From Geothrix sp. (GTDB lineage Bacteria; Acidobacteriota; Holophagae; Holophagales; Holophagaceae), in contig DASXUH010000038.1 in the NCBI GenBank assembly GCA_036504935.1, positions 1 to 50,391 on the forward strand: 50,391 nt of DNA, read 5' to 3'. A program made the position numbers and the translations under genes. Positions 18,913-27,709 of the stretch are shown one piece after another (within the stretch, counting starts at the first letter, position 1; every line of letters starts with the position of its first letter). The notes under the pieces are model-generated. The model was not told the origin of the DNA, did no database searches, and saw only the letters and a list, made by a program, of their open reading frames with translations.

Positions 18913-21900
18913 TCAGGGCTTGAGGTCCACCACCATCCCCTCGGCCGCGGCCTGTCCCTTCTCCTTCACATCGCTGCCTCGATAGAGCGTCCAACCCGGC
19001 AAGCCGCGGGGCACGGTCTTCGTCATGGCCCACTGCTGGACGCGGCTGTTGGCGAGGACGAACACCAGCATGCGCTTGGGATTCCAGGGATTGGGGAAGG
19101 CTGCCAGAAGGCCATCATCAGGGCGGCTGTAGGTCCGGCTCTGCCACTTGAACCAGCCTGGCCCGGCTTCGAAGGGCAGCTTCCCTTCCGCCTGAAGCCG
19201 CGTGGCGATCCCGTTGTCGGCAGGGCCGCCGAAGATCAGCAGATCATGGGCGGCCAGGTCGGCATCGCCCACTTCCGCATCGGGCGTCACGGGCAGCAGC
19301 ACCTCGGTCATGTTGTCCGCCAGGGCGTCGCGGTAGTTCAGCGCGAGGGTGCGCTGGGCTTCCACTTCGCGGGCGGTCCCGAAGACCAGCTGCGTGGCGC
19401 TCCAGTCATCCAGCACGTTGCCCGGCACCCAGAAGTTGGAACGGGCCATGGGGATATCGTTCCCCGCATTGAAGGTCAATCGCGTGGGTTGAACCTCGCT
19501 TCGGAAGGTGAAGGCGGCTTTGGCGCCCTTCACTTCGATGCGCTCCAGCTTCGCGCCCTGCTCCGTTTCCACGCTCGCGAACGCCACGAAAGGATAGGCG
19601 AAGCCCGCCTGCTCCACGTCGAGCTTCACCTCGTAGGCCTCGCCGGCCTTCTCGACGCGGGCCTGGACTTTGGGCGCCGGAAGATCGGCGCGCTCGAGCC
19701 AGGGCCTCAGGAGCGGCGCCACCTCCTGCCCGGCGCTGTCAGACAGGACCTTCAGGATCTCGGCCGTGGACGCGGCCTTGCGGCCGAAGTGCCCATGGAC
19801 CGCCCGCATGGCCTTGGCAAAGGCGGCGTTCCCCAAGTGCAGGCGCAGCTGGTGCAGAGCGAAGACGCCCCGGATGCGGGGGATCTGGTAGGCGCCGTAG
19901 CGGTCGTAGGCCGTCGTGGTGGCCAGGGGCGCCTTCACGTCCTCCTTGGCCTCCAGCCAGAGGTGGCGGGTGGCGAGATCCGCCAGGGCCGCGCTCTGGG
20001 CTTCGAAGGCCTTGGCCGGAGCCGCGGGCAGGTGCTTCAGCTGTTGCCAGTAGGCGGCCGAGGCGCTGACGAACCAGTTCTCCGCGTCCGAAGCCGGCTT
20101 GACAGTCCCTGTCCAAAGTCCCTTCGCTTCGTAGCTGAACGCCTCCTTCACGCCAGCCACATCCGGCAAGGGCGCCGCTTTCAAAGGCTTTTCCTCCCTC
20201 CAGGCCGCTTTCGCGGCCTGTAGCTTGGCGGACACCCAGATCGGGCTGAACGCCGTGTACCCATGGGTCAGGTGTGGGGTCGCGCCCGGCAGATCCGCGA
20301 TCCAGCGCCCACCCACCATCTTTTCCCGCTGGGTGGTCTTGCCCTGGTGGGCGATGAAGACCAGCTTTTCCGCCATCTCGGCGGTGGTGAGCTTGCCATC
20401 GCAGGCATGGGGCCGGTTGATGGGGCTGGTGGCCATGAGGCGGGTGGCGATGTCGATGTCGAAGCCGGTCTTCCCGAAGGCCTTGAAGGCTTCCTGGAAG
20501 GCGATATCGCGGTTCCAGGTGTTGAAGGCCAGGTCTGCCGGGGCATTGTCGGGGTTGGGACCGTACTCGCCGCGTACGTCCAGATCGCGGTTGTTGTTGT
20601 TGGCCCAGATGAAGTCCTTGTGGTTGCCTGGCGTATCGGCGGGCTTTCCCTTCGTCCCGGTGCGCCACATGCGGGCCTTCTCGGTGCCCAGCAGGAAGCA
20701 GGCGCCCTCGTCACTCTTGGTGTCGGCCATGGTCCAGTCGTTGGTGTAGAGGCCGTTGTTCTGCTTGAAGAGGATGGCGGCGGCCTCGTCGATGCCGGAG
20801 GCATACTGGGCGGCCTTGCGGACGCGGTTGCTCTGGGGCGTGCCGTCCGCATTGAAGGGCGTCTGGCCCACGGTGGTCTCGCCCATCACCAGGCCCGAGG
20901 CGTTCAGGTACCAGTCCGTGCCGCTATGGATGCCGCCCGCGAAGGTCTGCATCACGATGCGGTGGCCCTTTTCGGGCGCCACGTCCAGCATCACGTTCCA
21001 TTCGGTGCCCGTGTAACCGTTCCACATGAAGATCTGGCTGAAGATGAACCGGCCACTTTTCGTCGCCTCCTTGGTGGCCACGAAGGAAGAGCAGTGGTCC
21101 CCCCTCCCGCCCTTCTCCGCCTCATCATCACCGGTCATGAACGTGCGCCCGCTGAGGGGATGGGCCGCGTGGGCGAGCCCCTCTCGCAGCTGGCTCATGT
21201 CCACGGCGCTGTTCAGCGTCACGATGTCGAGAAGATCGATGGCCCGGCCCTTGAACGCCGCGCCCGCCTTCGCCGCGCCGTCCGCGATCCCCTTCATCTC
21301 CTCCAGAAACTCCACGTCGTATTTGCGGAAGAAGAGGGCGTCGGCCATCTGCCGCTGGTCGGCCCAGCCCTGGCCAGGATCGGCGGCATTCTTCAGTACG
21401 CCTAGCTTGGTCATGTAGCGCACGATCTCGTCGGCCATGAGCTCGCCATGCTGGCGGCCCCTCGCGTAAGGGGCGCCTTCGATGTGCAGGAAGGTCCAGC
21501 CGCCCATCTCGTAGCGGAAGCCCTTCCCCGCCCAGCGCACGGTCTGCAGGGGGATGAAGGCCGTGATGTCCTCCACCTTCTCCAGCTTCACGCCGCTGAA
21601 GGAGGCCGCGCCCATGGCCTTGCCGTTGCGGCCCAGGTGCAGCTGCACGCGGTCCGTGGGGGCCGTGGCGAGGAACAGCACGGAGACCTGGCGCGTTGAA
21701 GTCCCAGCCGCGCTTTGCGACGCGTTGGTGAAGGGGAAGCTCTCCATGGACAGGCAGGCGCCCATGGCCGTGGGGTAGCGGGCCAGGGCGTCGGCTTTGA
21801 CGCCTTCGGTATGGATGGTGGCGCTCAAACGGTACAGTTCGCCGACTTTCAGGGTCACGGGCGCCGAGGCCAGCGTGGCCTCCGAGCCCTCAACCGAGGC

Positions 21901-22029
21901 TTCCAGGCGCAGAGCCACGGCTTTCGCCGTGGAGCCCTGCTTCAGTGCCCATCCCGATACCGGGATATCCGACGCGGCGGCCAACACCGCCACAGCCATC
22001 AACAGCCCAGCACGCAGCATTCGGATCAT
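18913..22029 (-). CDS. Secreted Ntn-hydrolase (C45/phospholipase B-like) with additional C-terminal domains
   Basis: GGAGG RBS, ATG 22029, signal peptide; GAPYARGRQHG, DHCSSF (nucleophile Cys), ETT, NNGLYTNDW. Confidence 0.8.
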   Translation of the reverse strand: MIRMLRAGLLMAVAVLAAASDIPVSGWALKQGSTAKAVALRLEASVEGSEATLASAPVTLKVGELYRLSATIHTEGVKADALARYPTAMGACLSMESFPFTNASQSAAGTSTRQVSVLFLATAPTDRVQLHLGRNGKAMGAASFSGVKLEKVEDITAFIPLQTVRWAGKGFRYEMGGWTFLHIEGAPYARGRQHGELMADEIVRYMTKLGVLKNAADPGQGWADQRQMADALFFRKYDVEFLEEMKGIADGAAKAGAAFKGRAIDLLDIVTLNSAVDMSQLREGLAHAAHPLSGRTFMTGDDEAEKGGRGDHCSSFVATKEATKSGRFIFSQIFMWNGYTGTEWNVMLDVAPEKGHRIVMQTFAGGIHSGTDWYLNASGLVMGETTVGQTPFNADGTPQSNRVRKAAQYASGIDEAAAILFKQNNGLYTNDWTMADTKSDEGACFLLGTEKARMWRTGTKGKPADTPGNHKDFIWANNNNRDLDVRGEYGPNPDNAPADLAFNTWNRDIAFQEAFKAFGKTGFDIDIATRLMATSPINRPHACDGKLTTAEMAEKLVFIAHQGKTTQREKMVGGRWIADLPGATPHLTHGYTAFSPIWVSAKLQAAKAAWREEKPLKAAPLPDVAGVKEAFSYEAKGLWTGTVKPASDAENWFVSASAAYWQQLKHLPAAPAKAFEAQSAALADLATRHLWLEAKEDVKAPLATTTAYDRYGAYQIPRIRGVFALHQLRLHLGNAAFAKAMRAVHGHFGRKAASTAEILKVLSDSAGQEVAPLLRPWLERADLPAPKVQARVEKAGEAYEVKLDVEQAGFAYPFVAFASVETEQGAKLERIEVKGAKAAFTFRSEVQPTRLTFNAGNDIPMARSNFWVPGNVLDDWSATQLVFGTAREVEAQRTLALNYRDALADNMTEVLLPVTPDAEVGDADLAAHDLLIFGGPADNGIATRLQAEGKLPFEAGPGWFKWQSRTYSRPDDGLLAAFPNPWNPKRMLVFVLANSRVQQWAMTKTVPRGLPGWTLYRGSDVKEKGQAAAEGMVVDLKP

Positions 22030-22116
22030 GGGAGCCTCCACCCACCAGCATGCCAAACCCATCGCGGAGTTGCCTCGCTTTTTGAGGCAGCTCCGCGCAG
22101 CGGCTACCCTGGGATC

Positions 22117-22986
22117 ATGGCGCTGAAAAAATGGACCTTCACCGTGGACCCCGAAGACGCGGAACTGCGTCTGGACCAGCTCATCGCCAAGCGCACGGAA
22201 CTCTCCAGGCGGGCGGCCCGGGAGGCCCTGAAGCTGGGCGGCGTCCAGGTGGACCGCAAGCGCGTGAAGGTGGCGGGAAAACTCGTGAAGCCGGGCACAG
22301 AGGTTCGCGTGGCCTTCGACCCCGACCTGCCGCCGGTGCCGACCACGGCCATTCCCATCGTCTTCGAGGATGAATGGATCCTCGCCGTGGACAAGCCCGC
22401 GGGGCTCGCCACCCAGGGCACCTGGGCCACGGACCGCCACGACCTGCTCGCCCTGCTGAAGACCCAGCGGCCGGATCTGAAGCTGTTCCTCCATCACCGC
22501 CTGGACCAGGGCACATCGGGTCTCCTGGTGCTGGCCAAGCATGCGCAGGCCAACGCTGGCCTCGCCGCCGCCTTCGCGGGCCGCGATCTGGAGAAGCTCT
22601 ACCTCGTGCGGGTCTCCGCGCCCCTGGAGGCCTGCACCGTGGAGGCCCCCATCGGCCGCCTGCGGGGCGCGGATCCCGGCCGCTTCGACTGCGAGGGCGA
22701 CCTCATGGACCCCAAATCCGCCCGCACGGACTTCCGCCCGGCCACTCCGGATGAGACCGAGGGCCTCGTGCCCGGGCACTACTTCGTCGCCCGCATCCAC
22801 ACGGGCCGCACCCACCAGATCCGTGTGCACCTGGCCCACCTGGGCCGGCCCGTCCTCGGGGACACCCTCTACGGCGGCGAGCCCTCGGACCGCCTCTGGC
22901 TCCATGCCTGGCAGCTGGGTATGAAGCACCCCGTCACGGGCGCGGCCCTCCGCCTGGAGGCGCCACCGGCACGCTTCCGGCCCTGA
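22117..22986 (+). CDS. RluA/RluD family pseudouridine synthase with S4 domain
   Basis: [39 protein letters not shown] motifs. Confidence 0.94.
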   Translation: MALKKWTFTVDPEDAELRLDQLIAKRTELSRRAAREALKLGGVQVDRKRVKVAGKLVKPGTEVRVAFDPDLPPVPTTAIPIVFEDEWILAVDKPAGLATQGTWATDRHDLLALLKTQRPDLKLFLHHRLDQGTSGLLVLAKHAQANAGLAAAFAGRDLEKLYLVRVSAPLEACTVEAPIGRLRGADPGRFDCEGDLMDPKSARTDFRPATPDETEGLVPGHYFVARIHTGRTHQIRVHLAHLGRPVLGDTLYGGEPSDRLWLHAWQLGMKHPVTGAALRLEAPPARFRP

Positions 22987-22990
22987 CAAA

Positions 22991-23020
22991 GGACGGCGGA
23001 GGTTTCCCTCCGCCGTTTCC
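22991..23020. terminator. Hairpin between convergent genes
   Basis: ACGGCGGAGG-TTTC-CCTCCGCCGT; homologous copy at about 27662-27690. Confidence 0.7.
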
Positions 23021-23037
23021 GGGTGGCACGGCCTGTT

Positions 23038-26000
23038 TCAGGGGGTGTATTCGACCATCCTTACCGTGGAATTCCCGCCCAAGTCGATCACCTCGACGGC
23101 CCAGAGGTAGGTGACCCCGGTCGTCAAGGCCGGCGGGATGGCGGGGGTGCCCCCTGCCGCACCGTAGGCCACGGACAGCTGCGCGCTGGGCATGGCGACG
23201 CTCCAGATGCTGGCTCCCGTGTCCTTCTGCCGGACCCACAACCGATAGGTGTAGGAGAAGGTAGGCGCCGGGGTGGGCGGGCCCCAGCTGAAGGTGGGCA
23301 TGGTTCCCGCGGCCGTTGGGGTGACCGGAGCCAGGTTGGTTGCGAAGGTATCCAGCATCTTCGAGGTGTCCAGTGGGAAGGTGTCCGCCGTGGCACTAGG
23401 CGCTGGATAGCCCACCTGGACGGAAGCTGTGCCGGGCCCGGGCCGGAAGGCCCCCAAGTTCGCCCAGTAGTTGAAGCCCCCCCTGTCGGGCAGGCCGACA
23501 TCGAAAAACAGGCTCCCCATCTGCAGCGCCACGTTGACAGGAAGCTTCATGCCGGGAAGCGCGTCGAACCATACGCCATAGATTTCGTAGGTGGCCCCGG
23601 CAACCGTATAGATTTGGTGCTGGGTGGCCGCGTTGACCACGGCATTGTTGGGGGGCAGCGTCAGGTCGTGGTTCGTTATGTTGGCGGTGACCACGATGGT
23701 GCCGTAGCCGCCGGTGTTCGAGCCCTCGCCGATGTCGAGGAGGCCATTGCCGTTCTGGTCGACCATCACCAGAAATGCGTAGGTGCCGTTGGGCACGCCC
23801 GCGACCGTGTAGGCCTGCGGGCTTACGGGGCTGGCAACTTTCATGGCGAAGGGCTGGCCGGTCGTGGTGTCGAACAGCACCACATACATCGGTCCGGTGG
23901 CCGGCCCGGTGAAGTTGATGGTGCCAGAGATGGCATTCCCCCCAGCTGCCGCCGCAGGCGTGGCGGTGACCTGGTTGGAGGAGGCGCTCGTGGTCGCCCC
24001 CGCCTTGGCGTAGACGCGGAAGGCGGCAGGCGTGCCATTGGCGAGGCCAGATACGAAGAGGGTGGACCCGAAGTACTCCGTGTCCAGCTTCCCCCTGGCA
24101 GCGACGGTGGCGCTGCCCGAGATCGTGGAGAATCCGTTCGTGCTCCATTGGATCAGGTAGGAATCCGCCAGTTCCACCCCTTGCGCATTCCACAGAGGCT
24201 TCCAGTTTAGGAGGACCCCGCCATCCATGGGCGCGACGCTGTTCAGGACAGGGGTAAGGCTCGACAGGTCGATGGCGGCAGGATCCACCAGGGATACATC
24301 CGCGCCGAAGGCATCACCGAATCCCACCACCACGCCGGCTCTGGAGCCGGTCGGGTTGGCGGCGTTGGGATTCCCCTTGCCCATGCCGTCCATCCAGCTC
24401 GTCAGGGTGTAGGTGCCCGGCACCACACCGCGGATGGCAAAAGTGCCCGGACCCGGAATGCTGACACCAGGAGCGCCGCCTCTGCCGCCATCGAGCCGGA
24501 GGTAGATGCGGCCTGTCTTGGCGCCGGAATAGCTGACCGTCCCTGAGACGGTGTATCCCAGGGCCGCCTGGAGCTGCAGGTTAGCAAGGTCCGAACCCGA
24601 CACGGCCACAGTCTTGGTGGGAGGCAGGAACATGACCTTGGTCCCGGCCGGCATGCTGGGCGTCAGGGTATAGGTGCCGTCGGGGATGCCCGGAATGCTG
24701 AAATTGCCGGTCCCGTCCGTGACGGTGGTGGTGGCATTCGGTGCGGTGTCGAGACTCACGGTGACACCGGGAATGCCGACGCCGCTGATGGAGGGCTGGA
24801 ATTGATCGACCAGGGTCACCCGTCCGCTGACCCGGAAGGTGGGCCGCACCGTCAGGATCGCCGCCGCGCTGGTGGCGGTACCCAGCGAGTTGGTGGCAGT
24901 CACGGTGTAGCTTCCCGCATCGGCCAGGGTGGTTGCGGCAAGGGTGAGCGTTGCCGATGTCTGGCCCAGCAGTAGGGTCGAACCCCGGTACCACTGGTAG
25001 GACGGAGCCGGATTGCCCGTGGCCGCGGCGGTGAAGGTGGCCGTCGCGCCAGCTGTGACGGTGGTCCCCGCCGGCTGGACGGTGAACACGGGAGCCTGGT
25101 TCACGACCAGAACCGCAGCATTGCTGGTGGCGGTACCCAGCGAGTTGGTGGCAGTCACGGTGTAGCTTCCCGCATCGGCCAGGGTGGTTGCGGCAAGGGT
25201 GAGCGCTGCCGATGTCTGGCCCGGCAGCAGGGTCGAACCCCGGTACCACTGGTAGGACGGAGCCGGATTGCCCGTGGCCGCGGCGGTGAAGGTGGCCGTC
25301 GCGCCAGCTGTGACGGTGGTCCCCGCCGGCTGGAGAGTGAATGCCGGGGTGGACTGGACCGTGAGAATGGCGGCAGAACTCGTGACGGCAATCCCACCAT
25401 GGGTGACCGTCACGGTGAAGCTCCCCCCGCTGTCGGCAGGGACGGTGGCGGGCGTGGTGTAGCTGGCGGAGGTGGCACCGCCGATATTAATCCCACCCTT
25501 CTTCCACTGGTAGGTGAAGGGCGGGTTGCCCCCGGCCACCACTGTGAAGGTTGCCGTGGCTCCCGCTGTGACTGTGACGCTGGCTGGCTGGGTGGTGATG
25601 GTCGGCGGCGTCGGATTCACGGTCAGGGTCGCGGCACTGCTCGTCACCGAACCGCCCGCATTGCTCACGGTCACCGTGAAGCTCGAGCCGGTGTCGGCCA
25701 GCACTGTTGAAGGAGTCGTGTAGCTGGCGGCACCGGCACCGCTGATCACTACGCCGCCCTTCTTCCACTGATAGGTGAGGGGACCGGTGCCTGAAGCCAC
25801 CACCGAGAAGGTGGCTGCGGCGCCCTCTTGCACGGTCTGATTTGCAGGCTGCAGGCTGATGGCCGGGGGAACCGACTGGACCGTGAGGATGGCGGCAGAG
25901 CTGGTGATGGAAACCCCGCCATGGGTGACCGTCACGGTGAAGCTCCCCCCGCTGTCGGCAGGAACGGTGGCGGGCGTGGTGTAGCTGGCGGAGGTGGCAC

Positions 26001-26517
26001 CGCCGATATCGACCCCACCCTTCTTCCACTGGTAGGTGAAGGGCGGGTTGCCCCCAGCCACCACTGTGAAGGTTGCCGTGGCTCCCGCTGTGACTGTGAC
26101 GCTGGCTGGCTGGGTGATGATGGTCGGCGGCGTCGGATTCACGGTCAGAGTCGCGGCACTGCTCGTCACCGAACCGCCCACATTGCTCACGGTCACCGTG
26201 AAGCTCGAGCCGGTGTCGGCCAGCACTGTTGAAGGAGTCGTGTAGCTGGCGGCACCGGCACCGCTGATCACTACCCCGCCCTTCTTCCACTGATAGGTGA
26301 GGGGAGCGGTGCCTGAAGCCACCACCGAGAAGGCGGCTGTGGCGCCTTCCTGCACGGCCTGATTTGCAGGCTGCAGGCTGATGGCCGGAGCGACAGGTGG
26401 CGGCTGCGTGCTTCCGCCTCCTCCGCCCCCGCCTCCGCCACAGGTGAGAGAGATGGATAAAGAAGCCAGCGCAGCCAGCACAGCAGCCGCGCTTTTTGCA
26501 CGGTTCAAGAACCTCAT
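23038..26517 (-). CDS. Large surface lipoprotein with 6 Ig-like (I-set-type) repeats plus further beta-sandwich domains (copy 1)
   Basis: Lipobox-like SLTC followed by poly-Gly; six P.I/F..QP...YQW.K/R repeats; Thr/Ala/Gly rich. Confidence 0.88.
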   Translation of the reverse strand: MRFLNRAKSAAAVLAALASLSISLTCGGGGGGGGGSTQPPPVAPAISLQPANQAVQEGATAAFSVVASGTAPLTYQWKKGGVVISGAGAASYTTPSTVLADTGSSFTVTVSNVGGSVTSSAATLTVNPTPPTIITQPASVTVTAGATATFTVVAGGNPPFTYQWKKGGVDIGGATSASYTTPATVPADSGGSFTVTVTHGGVSITSSAAILTVQSVPPAISLQPANQTVQEGAAATFSVVASGTGPLTYQWKKGGVVISGAGAASYTTPSTVLADTGSSFTVTVSNAGGSVTSSAATLTVNPTPPTITTQPASVTVTAGATATFTVVAGGNPPFTYQWKKGGINIGGATSASYTTPATVPADSGGSFTVTVTHGGIAVTSSAAILTVQSTPAFTLQPAGTTVTAGATATFTAAATGNPAPSYQWYRGSTLLPGQTSAALTLAATTLADAGSYTVTATNSLGTATSNAAVLVVNQAPVFTVQPAGTTVTAGATATFTAAATGNPAPSYQWYRGSTLLLGQTSATLTLAATTLADAGSYTVTATNSLGTATSAAAILTVRPTFRVSGRVTLVDQFQPSISGVGIPGVTVSLDTAPNATTTVTDGTGNFSIPGIPDGTYTLTPSMPAGTKVMFLPPTKTVAVSGSDLANLQLQAALGYTVSGTVSYSGAKTGRIYLRLDGGRGGAPGVSIPGPGTFAIRGVVPGTYTLTSWMDGMGKGNPNAANPTGSRAGVVVGFGDAFGADVSLVDPAAIDLSSLTPVLNSVAPMDGGVLLNWKPLWNAQGVELADSYLIQWSTNGFSTISGSATVAARGKLDTEYFGSTLFVSGLANGTPAAFRVYAKAGATTSASSNQVTATPAAAAGGNAISGTINFTGPATGPMYVVLFDTTTGQPFAMKVASPVSPQAYTVAGVPNGTYAFLVMVDQNGNGLLDIGEGSNTGGYGTIVVTANITNHDLTLPPNNAVVNAATQHQIYTVAGATYEIYGVWFDALPGMKLPVNVALQMGSLFFDVGLPDRGGFNYWANLGAFRPGPGTASVQVGYPAPSATADTFPLDTSKMLDTFATNLAPVTPTAAGTMPTFSWGPPTPAPTFSYTYRLWVRQKDTGASIWSVAMPSAQLSVAYGAAGGTPAIPPALTTGVTYLWAVEVIDLGGNSTVRMVEYTP
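24868..25334. repeat. Near-identical intragenic tandem repeat, 255-bp period (one Ig domain)
   Basis: 24868-25079 matches 25123-25334. Confidence 0.9.
25352..26388. repeat. Near-identical intragenic tandem repeat, 522-bp period (two Ig domains)
   Basis: 25352-25866 matches 25874-26388. Confidence 0.9.
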
Positions 26518-26796
26518 GGTGCCTCCTAGGCAACGGGGAAAACAAACCCGATGAAGGTCACTACGGATATCTCAAAGACTATCTGAGAATCATTATTGGT
26601 TGTCTTTTAACTATTTCAATGCCACATTATATCTTTATTTTAAGATTCATCAATTGCGACATCGTCTAATTATTATTTATAACTATAATATAAACAATGA
26701 TTTACATTCTATGAGTAATCATTTTGATTTGGTGAGTATTCATTTTGACTTGATGCCACCATGAGAACACCTCACGCCAAGGGAGCGACTCAACTC

Positions 26797-27657
26797 ATGC
26801 CGCAAGTGCCTAAGCTCCCCATCCTCTACAACCCCGCTTCGGGCACGGCGCCGAAGGATCCGGAGGCCCTGCTCCGTCCTCTCCCGAAGGAGCTCCAGGA
26901 TCGGGTGGATCCCACCCCTTTCGGCCCTCCCTGGGATTTTGAACCCCATATCGCGAGAGCCCAGCGCGCGGAGGGCCCACTGCTGGTGTGGGGCGGGGAC
27001 GGGACGATCCATCACGCAGCCAAGGCGCTGATCGACCGTGGCTGTCCCGTCCCCCTCGGTGCCATCCCTGGCGGCAGCGGGAACGGGCTGGTGCGGGGAC
27101 TCCGCACGCCCCTGGAACCAGCAGGCGCGTTGCATTGCCTGCTGGAGGGACGTGAGTTGCGCATGGACCTGCCCCGCCTCGACGGCGAGCCCTTCCTGAA
27201 CGTCTGCGGCACGGGCTTCGAGGCCGCCGTGGCCCACCGCTTCGCCGCCCTGCCCGGCCGGGGCTTCGGGACGCCCGCGCCTGCTGGCGGCTCTGGCGCA
27301 CCTGGCCGGACACCGCCCTGGCCTGGGATGCGGACCCCGCGCCCATGCCCAATCCCACGGGGCGCCTTGATCGCCTCCGGAAGGCTTTCCAAGCGCACGG
27401 ACCTCCGCCCCGCCACCGCCGAAGAGACTGCGGGCCTCGCGCCCGGCCACTACATCGTGGCCCGCATCCACACGGGCCGCACTCACCAGATCCGCGTCCA
27501 CCTCGCCCACCTGGGCCGGCCCATCCTGGGCGACGCCCTCTACGGCGGCGCGCCCTCGGGCCGCCTCTGGCTCCATGCCTGGCAGCTGGGTCTGAAGCAT
27601 CCTGTCACGGGCGAGGATCTGAGGCTGGAGGCCCCCCCGGCGAGGTTCCAGGCATGA
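26797..27657 (+). pseudogene. Chimeric remnant: 5' part of DAG-kinase-family gene fused to 3' part of RluA-family gene
   Basis: 26812-27393 homologous to 31929-about 32510 with an apparent 4-nt deletion near 27270; 27394-27657 homologous to 22723-22986. Confidence 0.9.
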
Positions 27658-27709
27658 AGAAGAACGGCGGAGGTTGCCCCCCGCCGTTCCGATGTGAAGC
27701 GGTTCCGCT

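Noticed and set aside
22030-22989. N-terminal extension making the Ntn-hydrolase 1358 aa
   Set aside because: Antisense of the RluA-family gene; a strong RBS and signal peptide support the start at 22029
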